A stretch of DNA of 64,000 nucleotides, taken from Octopus sinensis (lineage: Eukaryota). Both the position numbers and the translations under genes were made by a program. The notes below the pieces were generated by a model that saw only the letters and a program-made list of their open reading frames with translations, searched no databases and was not told where the DNA came from. The stretch's first letter is position 1. Each line of letters begins with the position of its first letter. Where the stretch lies: positions 60,276,464-60,340,463 of the forward strand of contig NC_043011.1 in the NCBI RefSeq assembly GCF_006345805.1, in the 5' to 3' direction. Shown here in pieces: positions 25,649 through 37,708 of this stretch.

Positions 25649-25885
25649 ATCAAAATAAAAACATGATGCCAAGGATTCAGCGGTACATATGTTTCGGGCC
25701 TTTATTAGACAGATTTATAGCAATGCATAATGTATGTCTGTGGCCTTCTTCAGCCGCGCACAACAGCTTCCACAAGGACATGTGTTACATCAAAAATTCT
25801 TGGTTGGGGATGCAAATCCTCTCATTCGCGTACGGCATAATGCGGCAACAGCATAGAATTGAAGCGTCCATCTCTTTCCTCTCTC
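25647..25885 (-). mobile_element. CpG-retaining Penelope-like / retrozyme-type insert between (TA)n tracts
   Basis: Bounded by a long (TA)n on the left and a short TA run on the right; CpG-rich relative to the flanks; carries a hammerhead. Confidence 0.6.
25680..25757 (-). ncRNA. Type I hammerhead ribozyme, near-intact
   Basis: Stem I GCGG/CCGC; CUGAAGA; stem II GGCC/GGCC with an A.C opposition at its base and a long loop; GAAA; palindromic stem III ACAUAUGU; GUA triplet with predicted cleavage between 25684 and 25683. Confidence 0.72.
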
Positions 25886-28179
25886 AATGTAGAATATATA
25901 TATATGCAATAATTATGATGATAGAGAATATGGAGATTGGTACATCCTCAAAATTGATTTCATTTTATTTTACAATGCCATACATCATATTTTTATGGCT
26001 ATGACAACCTACACATGTTTATGTAACCCGAAACATAACTGAGAGCTACCATGGTATCCACCAAGTTAATATATCCCTCTAAGCTCACACACACGCACAC
26101 ACACACACACATGCACACACACGTGTGTGTACACTTCTGGTTCCATCATATATTCAGTCTGGACTCTGAAAAATGGCAAGACAGTATTTGAAAGAGTTGT
26201 ACATCAAGAAGGAATCCCATGGCTAGTAAAAGAAATATTGACTCTGTACCTATAACACATTGAGTACTTTATGAGTCATGATCTACTCGATCAACAATCA
26301 AGATATACAGTTAATATATAAACACACACACACATTTATACATATAATGCTATTACAAACACAACCAAATTATATGTGCACGTTTTTGTTTTAAATGCCT
26401 ACGAGGACTCTAGCACAATGCAATTACTTTCATAAAACTGCATCAAAAAAAGTATTAAATTTGATAGTTTCAAAATATTTATTTTTTTCTGAATAAAAGA
26501 ATATGCTGAAATGAATAAAAATTGTATGGAATGTATGATAATATGAAAAATAATATCTGTTTTTAATATGTGTTTTTCAAAGTAAGTTGATATATGAGAA
26601 GATAAGAAAGAATTTAAATGTAATTAATGATAGGTATCATAGAATATAACACTAAAGGCATTGAACATAAAATTTCCTAAGTTTTTGCAATATATATTTA
26701 TTGTAAACAAACATCATCATCATCATACATGGTAGCATTGTTTCTTCTATAAACGTATACATATTCAGTCACATTCATATTTGAGGAACCAATGAGAAAG
26801 CCTCTGCATAGATATTTAACAAGCAAGAAATAGCAGCTACATCTTCTACAAATCATAGCCTAATTTCTTAAGCAAGTGAAGGAGAGTTTAGATAACATAG
26901 CCCTACAAATAAATTAAGTCAGGATGTAGGAGAGAAAAAGTTGTTCATTCACAAATGGGAGGCTTTTAATCATATCATAGATGTACTCACGTAGATGTGA
27001 CTTGAGACTAAGCATCTACAAAAACATTAACCATTTAATGACAGATGAGTAAAGAATCCAAGTGGTATAAGCCAGTAAAACAGGAAAGCAGAGGGAGAAA
27101 TTGGCAAATGGTGAAGTCTGAACCTAGTATGTTGGATCTCATGAAGGAAGTCACTATATAACCACCAAGGTACTGTCACTCCATCAATTAGGATGCTGAG
27201 GGTTCCAGTTGATCTGATCAACAGAGAAACCAGTTTGTGAAATTAATGTGTAAATGGCTGAGCATTCCTCAGACATGCATAACTTTAATGTAGTTCACAG
27301 GGAGATTCAGTGTGATACAGAATGTGACAAGGCTGGCCCTTTGAAATACAGGCACTACACATTTTTGCCAGCCGAGTGGACTGGAGCAATGTGAAATGGA
27401 GTGTCTTGCTCAAGGACACAATTTGCCACCGGTTTTCAAATTCATGACCTTAGTGTCCAAGGTACTGTAACAAGTAGAAAAATACCATACTGAAGCAGAC
27501 TGGCACAACTTCCTCCTCTTCCTCTGTTGGCAGTAGCTTCTTCATCATTTTAATGTCGAATTTTTCCACCTTTTCATGGGTCATATGGAATTCGATGAGG
27601 CAAGATTTCTATGGCCAGATGTTCTCTCTGTCACAAATCCTCACCTGTTTCCAAACAGAGTAATACTTCCCCATGATAGGACATGTTTTAGTAGAAGATT
27701 GGAAATGGAAATGCACACCACTTGTATGACAGGGATACTTGTTAACAACTATCATCTGATGCTGAGAAGGAAGATACCAATACACACACACACACCACCA
27801 CCACTTCTTTTTCAGGAATATATACAGCCATGATGCCAATGCATCCTCTTTTTATAGACCATAGTGTGTAATTTTGAGTCTCTCATTGGCTCACAGAAGA
27901 TGTATGTTTTTGATACGAATTGGATTTCTTATTGATGTTGAGGTAATAATGGTTTTAAATTTTGGCACAAGGCCAGAAATTTTGGGGGAGGGGATAAGTT
28001 GATTACATCAACCCCAATACTCAACTGGTACTTATTTTATCGACCTCGGGAGGATGAAAGGCAAAGTCAACCACAGTGGAATTTGAACACAATGCAAATC
28101 GAATGAAATGCTGCTACGCATTTTGCCTGGCCTGCTAACGATTCTGTTAGCTGATTGCCTTATGCTGAGGTAATATTAA

Positions 28180-28419
28180 CCCATTCATGCCGATCGTCTG
28201 TTTAAACTGACAATTTATAAGGGTATGAAACAAAATACTTGATAGAAGTTGTGGTTTGTGTATGATCTGTATTAAAGAATGAAACATGTTCTTAATGCGT
28301 ATGCAGTCTGGTTGAACAAACGCTTCATCCATAACATGTAACAACCACAATTGTGCAACGTGGTAAGTACAAACTGGACGCGCAATTTTATTCACTAGAA
28401 AAATTTCGGCACAAATGGG
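28180..28419. mobile_element. 240-bp piggyBac-type MITE
   Basis: TTAA at 28176-79 and 28420-23; TIRs CCCATTCATGCCGA / CCCATTTGTGCCGA. Confidence 0.85.
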
Positions 28420-28452
28420 TTAAGATCAATAAGATCTATTTTATATTAGAAT

Positions 28453-28830
28453 GGAGGTGCAATGGCCCAGTGGTTAAGGCAGCGGACTCACGGTTGTAGG
28501 ATCACGGTTTGGATTCCCAGGGTGGGTGTTGTGAGTGTTTATTGAACGAAAACACCTAAAGCTCTACGAGGCTCCAGCAGGGGTCAGTGGCGAACCCTGC
28601 TGTACTCTTTCATCACAACTTTCTCTCACTCTTTCTTCCTGTTTCTGTTGTACCTGTATTTCAAAGGGCCAGCCTTGTCACACTCTGTGTCATGCTGATT
28701 CTTTCCAAGAACTATGTCAATGGTACCCGTGTCTGTAGAGTACTCAGCTACTGGCACGCTAATTTCATGAGCAAGCTGTTCCATTGGTTGGATCAATTGG
28801 ACCCTCGTCGTCGTAACTGACGGAGTGCCA
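28453..28830 (+). mobile_element. Full-length tRNA-head SINE (family A)
   Basis: A-box-like TGGCCCAGTGGTTAAGG and B-box-like GGTTTGGATTCCC; high identity to the minus-strand copy at 50184-50560. Confidence 0.9.
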
Positions 28831-28928
28831 CGATTTTATATTGGTACTGAATAACTCAAGTCTAATGTCAAAACTAACATTAGATAAAGTTTCTTTGTAA
28901 AAAGAAAAAAAAAGTTTATACCACTTAC

Positions 28929-29034
28929 CGACCAATCGATAGTTGAGCGCAGATCCCGTTTTCGGTAACCATGATCAGCATGGTTAGGATGTAAATAATT
29001 GGTATGACTGAAGTTGCTCTTTGAAATTGCTTTC
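28929..29034 (-). CDS. Internal coding exon, 106 bp; preferred reading (R)KAISKSNFSHTNYLHPNHADHGYRKRDLRSTIDWS, second frame also open
   Basis: Strong acceptor tttgtcttttacag|G and donor CG|gtaagt; in frame with exon 30493-30583. Confidence 0.7.
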
Positions 29035-29558
29035 CTGTAAAAGACAAATTATCAAAAGAATAATTACTCATTGATGAATGAAAAACAAAAAAATGTAATA
29101 TACATTATTAGTTAACGAGAAGAGAAGTAATCAAGTTAATATCAAAATATAGTAATTAGTACAAATGATAGCTTCAATAGAGAAAGTCACCTGTGAAGTT
29201 AAACAGCAAACCAAGTTCCAAAGATGAGATGAATCATCATAAAATGTTGGAAAATAAATTTCTTTTGATATAAAATGTACGTAACAAACACTTGTTGTTT
29301 GAAAGGTCTGTGTAGTGGAAATAAAAATGTATTTATTGAGAGAGATGATCAAATAGTTGATAGGAGGAGAAGCTTTTGATACATAAAATCCAAGAGAGAT
29401 TAGCTCGGAATGGAATCCTTATGAAACACAATACTTGTGATTGTGTTAATATACTTAATAAAGAAGTGAAGTGGTAGAGTAATTAGAATGTGTGTAAAAT
29501 TTGATTAGATGTAATCTATTATTTAGTTTAATGCAATTCTGTGACCCTTGGAACATAC

Positions 29559-29633
29559 TTAGTAGCAAACACCTAAATCCGATCTCCAGTTTGGGGAGAA
29601 CTTTGTCATTTCCTCTGACCAGTCTCAGAGAAC
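29559..29633 (-). CDS. Candidate 75-bp cassette exon (G)SLRLVRGNDKVLPKLEIGFRCLLL, or poison exon in the other frame
   Basis: Acceptor acactttttcag|G, donor AA|gtatgt; open in one frame only. Confidence 0.3.
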
Positions 29634-30492
29634 CTGAAAAAGTGTCACAAGCCCTGCCCTTCTTCCTCGGAGTAAGACATAAAAAACAAAAAAAAACAAA
29701 AAGAAAGCAAAACAAAAAAAATAGTTATATTTATTAATTGACATTTGCACTATTAGATATGCTAGTAAATTGGCACTCAGTCACCTGTTAGGTACATAAA
29801 GACTATGGTAATCAGCAGCAGTTACACGGCAGAAAGACTTTTTTTTCTTCTTTTCTTCTTGAAATTCTTAAGCATAGAATTATTTAAAATGATATTAGAA
29901 AGACAGTCTCTAGTACCAGACAGACATCATATAGAGCTGCAGTATTGTAAAGGTGGCAGAGGAGGATTTACTAAAAGTGCTTTAAATATCACAGAGAAGA
30001 GGGGGGGGTCACAATCAAAACTGTCTATTGATCCCTTTTATGACTGCAATCCTAATGAACTATACTGCAAATATGCTCAAGTTTATTTTGGAAATAATCA
30101 AAAATTTAGATGTTAATTGAATTTTTCTTTAACAGAATTGGTAGAATTTTTAGAGAACAGGGTAAAATGCCTTATGGTATTTGTTCCAACTCTCTGCATG
30201 ATAAGTTCAAACTCCACCGAGGCAAACTTTACCTTTCACTATTTCAGGATTGATAAAAAATCAAGGGCACTGGATTGGCAGAACTATTAGAGGATCAAGT
30301 GATATGGTTTTGTGGATATTGGTTCTGTTTCTTTGTGTTCTGGCAGTGAAGTCTGCAACAACAGACTGCCAGTCTATCAGAAAAGGTCATGCCCAGGCTT
30401 GCACATACATACGTACATTTAAATGGCCAACATAAACCAACAGAGCACCTTGCCGCTATCATTAAAAAGCTGGCATTTGGAATGTAACTTAC

Positions 30493-30583
30493 CTAAAATT
30501 ATTATCGAAAGCTTTAATATCAACATCAAAATCAGGCAGCTTTGTATCAAAATCAAATATGTTGGTCTCAAAAGTGTTAAACA
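30493..30583 (-). CDS. Internal coding exon, 91 bp; preferred reading FNTFETNIFDFDTKLPDFDVDIKAFDNNF(R), second frame also open
   Basis: Acceptor ttttttttctgtcag|T and donor AG|gtaagt, both strong. Confidence 0.7.
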
Positions 30584-33500
30584 CTGACAGAAAAAAAATT
30601 TGCAAATAAAACAGGATTTTAATCAGGTTAAATGAATATTAAGATCCACCAACATGATTTCCTAAGTATTGTTATTTAATTATACTTTTACATATAAATG
30701 AATGAAGTTGAAGTGAACTTCATATTCACAAGTCTTAATTTCTGTGTTTATATTCATACTTTTTGGTGTATTTGTGTGCAATAATAACTAAACTGAATTA
30801 AACAGAATTTTAAATTGTTCAATTCTGTCTCATAAAATGCTTAGTGCATGTGACACATAATTGTATGAGCCACTTTATCAGCTAGAAATAGCAGCTAAAT
30901 GCTCCCCAAGTCACGCTTTACTACCTCAGAACACATTGTTCAATGTGGTCAACATGCAATAGGATGAGAAGGTCTCCAGTCTCCTATTAGAATTCCATTC
31001 ACACGTAGGATGCTTTATGAGAACAGCAAATATATACGGATTAGTGAGCTGGGGCATTATATTGTCTACTGCAAAAGGATGAAAGGTAAAGTTGATATTA
31101 TCGGGACCTGAATTCATAAATGGAAAAGGGTGTAACTAAATACCACAGGTATTTCGACAGACACAATAAGGATTCTGTTGACTTACTGCCTAAGGTAACA
31201 TGGTCGTGGCTGGAATGTCATTGATCATAGGTCTGCATGATGCGGAGCTAAGCTTGGGATAAACAACATCATTGGAAAATCTTATATATATACATTAAAT
31301 TTCCAATGAATTCTTAAAATTGAAGAAAATCTAAAATCTGAGGCTGACAGGATGCCACCGATCTGATATAAAGCAACGATGAAGCTCCTACTTATTTGTT
31401 CAACATGTTAGAAATAAGCTCAACGTTTCCACAAATTCATCTGTATTTAAACATTTTTTTTTTGTAAAGGACACATCCTTTATAGTTCTAATTTTGACCC
31501 CCTAGAAGAAAGAAAAACAGGATGATCACAGAACAAATTTAATTGCCATAACTGGTGACTTTGGACTAAACCAATGCACCGATAACGTTACTTATAAACA
31601 TCAGAACCTGATAGACTTGATATAATAACAGAAATAATTCTTTCTAATAATAATAATGGTTTCAAATTTTGGCACAAGGCCAGCAGGTTCGGGGGTGGGG
31701 AGGGCAAGATGATTACATTAACCACAGTGCTTAACTGGGTACTTATTTTGTTGAGCCCAAAAGGATGAAATGCAAAGTCAACCTCAGTGGAATTTGAACT
31801 CAGATTGTAAGGATGGTTAAAATACTGCTAAGCATTCTGCCTTGGTGTGTTAATAATTCTGCTAGCTCAGCACCACCACCACCACAAGAAGAAGATGAAG
31901 AAGAAGCAGCAGCAGCAGCTATCAGTCTTCATAAACAGTATCAACCATTACTAGAAACAATTTGAGACATGAAAGAGGAAGCTGTCTGAAACGATGGGAT
32001 CTGAACAACATGTCTTTTGCTTGTTGAGAAATTATGTGATGGATTGCACTACAGGACCTGCCAATCCTTCCATCTCAAAGCTATGTACTTTTATGCCGTT
32101 TTTCTGCTTTTTATTGATTTATTTAGTTTTGGTGTTATACTTGTCTAGCAAGTGACTTGATCCGAGACAGTGCGTTGGATGTAAAGCAACTATATCATAG
32201 AAGAGCCATTTAATATGAAAGAAAGCTGTTAAATACCGTTTAAATTAAATTCATTTCATGTGGCTTTAAAATTTAAATTTAGTTGATGAGGTGTTGGAAA
32301 TTTTCATAGCGTGACTGTGACCTGGTCACTGATACACTTTCAAGGTTTATGCATTATTAAATGGTGCTTCCCCGATGAGGCTGCTGTTGCTATTTTATTT
32401 TTATCAGTGAAATTTTATGAAGACCTCAATTAGCATCAAAATAAATAATAAAACTATAAAGGTAGACTTGAGTTAAGTATGTGATTATGGAAGGATTGAA
32501 AGACATCATGTTTGAAATAGGTAACATGACTGCTCAGTGAACAATAGATAAGCAGTTTCAATCCCATCAGTAGTTGGGATTTTATTTTTGGTTTCAGAAT
32601 GGGTCTTCTAATGATTAATATAATCTTGCATTGAAAATTTTAGATATCATTTCATTCAAAACATTCACACTTTCTCAGTCAATGTACTGAATAAATGTAC
32701 TACATATATAAAGTGTATGTAGGTACGGGCATGTTTGAGTGGTAAGAAGTTTACTTCACAACCACACAGTTCCAGATTCAGATCCACTACATGGCATGTT
32801 GGGCATGTCTCTTCTACTATAGCCCTAGGCCAACCAAAAACTTGTGAGTGAATTTGGTAGATAGAAACTGAAAGAAGCATGTTGTATATCTATATATGTG
32901 TGCGTCCCGCTACCACTTGAAAACTGGTGTTGGTTTGTTTACATCCCTGTAATCTAGCGGTTCAGCAAAAGAGATTGATAAAACAAGTACCAGACTTAAA
33001 AAAGAAAGTATGGGGTCGATTTGTTCAACTAAAAGCTCTTTATAGCCGTAGCCTAATGAGTGAAACAAAGAAAGATAAAAGATTAGTTTCAGTATTCTAC
33101 AAAGTAAGGAACTGACAAAATCATTAGCAGCATTTCATCTGTCTTTACATGCCAAGTTCAAATTCTGCTGAGGCTGACTGCCTTTCATCCTTTTGAGGTC
33201 GATAAAATGAGCACCAATTATGCATTAGGGTCAATGTAATCAACTTAACCCCTCCCCTGGAATTGCTGGCCTTGAGCCAAAATTTGAAATCATTCTACAT
33301 CTTTTCAGTCCAAAGATTCCTCTGATCCTCATAAATTCCGTCAAGATTCTGTGTGGTAAGAAGTTTTTCTCACAACAACATGGTTCCAGGTTCAATCCCA
33401 CTGCATGCTACTTTGGGCAAGTCTCTTCTACCATAGACCTAGACCAACCAAAGCTATGTGAGTGGATTTGGTAGAAAGAAATTAAAAGAATCCTGTTGTA

Positions 33501-36500
33501 TGTGCTTGTGCGTTAGTTCACCCAAAACTGCTTGACAACCAGTGTTGGTTTGCTTATGTCCCCATAATTTAACAAGCCAACACATGAGGCAGATAGAATA
33601 AGTGCTAGACTTTGAAAACAGAAAAATCAAGTATTGGGGTCAATTAATTTGGCTAAAAACCCTTGAAGGTGGTTCAACAGCATAGTTGTAATCTAATGAC
33701 TGAAACAAATGAAAGATAAAAAAGAAAATAGAAGAGGCAGTTTTACTTTTGTCATAATTTGTTTTTAATATTTGGTTGGGAGTGCACATCAACTAAAACA
33801 TCTTATGAGCTAATAAGTGAGCCTTACATGTAAACATGACTTATTAGAAATAGCAATCAATTCACTCTCAAATTATGTCTTCATTCATTTATTATTAATT
33901 TTGAAAATGGAAAGTGACATTAGATAACGTAGTACTCTACAACTCCCTGCTCATCAAAAAAACAAAAAAATGGTTGACTAGGAGGCTAACGACGACAACA
34001 AAATCATTTTTACTGGTTGTTATTTCATCACTGAAATCCGGTCAAAATTTTTATTCAGTTTCTGATCTGCCATTCCCGACTCCACCAAAGATATGACAAC
34101 GCATCAAAAGCATTTAAAAAATGGTTGGAAATTTATCAGAAGCAAATAAACATGTTGGATATGAAAACTCTTGCACTGATGCTCTACATACAAAACTGAT
34201 AAATGGTAGTTAAGATTAAATCAATTCAAAGTTACTCGGCAGGAACTTCTCTTAAGTCTCCATAAAACTGTTGGGCCTTTTATCAGATCGATATCAAGAG
34301 TAAAAAATAAAAGTTAAAGACACACTTCTTTAATGATAATCAATCAACAAAATTTATTAGAAAGAGGAGGAGGAGAGAAAGAGAGAGAGAGAAGAGGGAC
34401 AGAGAAAGAGAGATAGGGAAAAAGAGGAATAGTTTACATCAGCTGTTAAATAGTATGGTGGAACAGTAATGATGTTTGAAGGAGGAATGCAATTTGCTTA
34501 TTAAAAAATATAAAATATATAAATATGTGACAGCAAAAATGAATGAAAGCTATTAAAAGATGAAAATAGCAGATGTCTATTTCCAATCAACACTTGATTA
34601 TTATTCATTGGGAAAATAATGTGAATATTAGAATATAGCTATCATCATCATCATCATCATCATCATCATCTGTTTAATGTCTTCTTCCTTCATTTCAAAA
34701 TTAAGTTAAATGTATCAACAAAACTATTCTCTAGTCATGGTCCCTATCTATCATTCACTATTTTTTATATATGTAATGAAACCCTATTAGTTCAACCCTA
34801 ATTATTCAAATTATTCTAGTTCTTGTTCCTGCTGAAGACCAGTGAGAAAGACAAGGGGAATGATGGATACCACAGGAGGAATGTTTGAACAATCGCAGAC
34901 AAAACATCAATGCTTGATTGTCCGACACTTGCACTATAGTTAGATAAAACGAAAGTTAACTGAAACAGCACAACAATAATGCTAACATTGACTGACAACT
35001 AATTATTGGTCTTGACCTTCATAGAAAGGAATTTTGCATGGTATGAATGCTTGAAAGTGATGAACCAAAGAGATATATGTTATCTTGTCTATTAACTCCC
35101 TTATTAAAATCCCAGATGTTCATGCTGATATCTAGAGCTCTCCCTTATTATATCCCATTCGTTCATGCTGCTGTCTGTAGCTATCTGTGTTTATTATTAA
35201 AGACAAATGAGCTGGCCAAACTGTTAGCACACCAGACAAAACGCTTAGCAGCATTTCTTACACCTTTAGACTCTGAGTTCAAATGTAGCCAAGGGTGATT
35301 TTGTCATTCATCATTTTGGGGTCAATAAAATAAATAGCAGTTGAGTACTAGGGTCAATATAATTGACTAAACCCCAACCCACCAAATTTCAGGCCCTGTG
35401 TCTATAGTAGAAAGGAGTGTTAAAGACCAGTCAATGAGGGAATCTCTATGCAATTGCTTCACCTGCTAGAAATAGCAACCAAATTTCAAATCAAAATTGT
35501 TTTAAACAAGGAAGGATATACTGAATAATAATGTTGTCAATACATGTTAAAATAGGGAATATGTATGTTTAGAATAATTTGGATCAAGTGTTCTTCTGAG
35601 AGGAAGTTCTCTAGACATTCATAGATGGCAATGACTTTTCAATAATGTTAGGCCGATTCATTGAATTTTAAAAGACTCCCCCGAAATTGCTGGCCTTGAG
35701 CCAAAATTTGAAACCAATAATCAGAGCCCAGTTTAAAGTCAACTAATCTACTGAGTGGTTCATATTATAGTATAGAACAGACTATATCAGTGAATCATTG
35801 AGTTTTATGTTAGAGTTTACCAGTAAATTAGATAACCAACAGAGAAGTTCCTACAACATACTACCATTCAATGGTTAATTATAACTTATTTCTTCTGATC
35901 TGTTACATTTAATTAAAAGCAAAAATTATTTATGAAGGTTTTTTTTTTTGTAATAGTTTAATATAATTTCCTAAAGTTTAAAGATCTCATTATATTTTTA
36001 TTATTCACTCCATGAATTTAAAAAACAAATTTTTTAAATTTAAGATATTGCATTAGAATTTTACCTTTTAGTATCAGAATGATATCAAATAATCTGCAAT
36101 TCTAATGTCAACAAATTTTTAAATTAATTATTTTCACTTTTCGTTTTGGTACCAATTAAAAAGAAAAAAGAAAACTAAATCCAAATGATAAGATTTTGTC
36201 ATTGATATCTTTGATGATCAAAACAATATGGTTTCAAAATATTCTGGTATTGAATATTTGTTCTTTTCTCTTTCTTTCTTTTTTTATTCTCAGAAAAAAA
36301 AAAAAAAAGCATAGTCAGGAAAACAGGTTGTACTCATGAACTTTGCAGGTACTGCAAGACTAGTAAAATTTACGAAATTGATCTTGTTTAGTTTGAACTT
36401 CTGTGAACTATTATCTCATTAAAATAATTTTAAAAAAAAAGGAAAAGAGAAAAAATAGCGAGATGGTAATTCTAAAAGTGTGACACTGAGAAATCTGAGA

Positions 36501-37671
36501 AATCAACAGTGGTGAATGAGAGGCCTAGATGACAGGAGATGGTGGAAGTGACCAGATAGGCTTAGGATTGGATGGAGGAGGTTACACAGCTAGCAACTCC
36601 AAAGAAGCAAAGGCTTTTGTACTTGCAGTAGGCACAGAGAGAGAGGAAGAGAAGGAAGAGACAATGTGTATGTGTGGATCAGAGATTGTGTGTGAGAGAT
36701 TGTTCAGTGAATCTTGGCCCACAAGCTGGATCATGAAACCTCTTCATCTAGCAACTATTTTCAGATTTTCAGTGCTGGTATGGGCTGGACGTTAAATATT
36801 AATTTTCTCTACTATAAGTGCAAGGCCTGAATTTTTCTTTTTTTTTCTGTGGGAGGGAACTGGTTAATTACATCACCCCAATGCTCAACTGGTATCCTGA
36901 AAGGATGAAAAGCAAAGTTGACCTTGATACCAATTAGAACATATAAACACTAAATGAAATGATAATAGTAATGATCCGGCTGAGTTGCCCAAGACACACT
37001 CAGCAACTTTTCACACGTAGCCTCTTGACCTACAGATGCACTGTTTCTTTGGCCTTTAAAAAAACATTTGCTGTATGTATGCAGTCTAAAACGTTTATGT
37101 GTTGATAAATTGTTAAGTAAAGGATGTTTAATCTAGTCACAGTATCAATATAAAGAAATTTCCAAAATAAAAATATTTTGTATTTCTTTTTAAGATCCTA
37201 AATTCAAACATTGGGAAAAGTGGTCTGGTAACTTTGAAGTGTTTTGCAAACAATGCTACAGAATTTAGAGTAAGAAACACATAACTATTTCAGATACTAA
37301 AACTGCAAAGGTACTGTGTATAAAGGTGATGGAATGGAGAACTGTTCTGAAAAGAAAATTGCAGGCAAAGCACTTTGAAATAGTTCCCACTTGGAAAGAA
37401 ATATTTTTTCCCTAGTCTTTTTTTTTTTTCTTTTGGGAAAACAAATTTACAGCTTTTGCAGAGACACTGTTTAGAGTTTAATTCTATGACAGCATAAATC
37501 AATAGTTGGCACTTAGCAAAAGAAAACTCAGTGATGATCAGGAATTGTTGCAAAGTAGGACAGTTTCTTGCAGTCACAAACCAATATAAAAATTGGCATA
37601 TACAGGAAGTGAGATGCATTAAGTCTCAATTTAAAATGAACAAAAAAAAATAAATAAAAGCAAGAAAATCC

Positions 37672-37708
<37 letters not shown>

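Noticed and set aside
25663-26004. 113-aa plus-strand ORF
   Set aside because: It is the antisense reading of the hammerhead-bearing insert plus TA repeats and is not protein-like.
25895-26050. Two very degenerate hammerhead-like strings on the plus strand
   Set aside because: The core nucleotides themselves are altered, so they cannot be supported.
28453-28520. tRNA-like A and B boxes (also at 50500-50560)
   Set aside because: These are SINE heads, with no complete cloverleaf and no Pol III terminator after ~75 nt.
34059-34199. Plus-strand ORF FLICHSRLHQRYDNASKAFKKWLEIYQKQINML... after ttattcag
   Set aside because: Only 46 codons, with no convincing donor and no recognisable family; such islands are expected by chance in 64 kb.
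36500-36750. Possible CR1/Jockey-like LINE remnant (also ~58030-58150)
   Set aside because: Similarity is too weak to support by eye.
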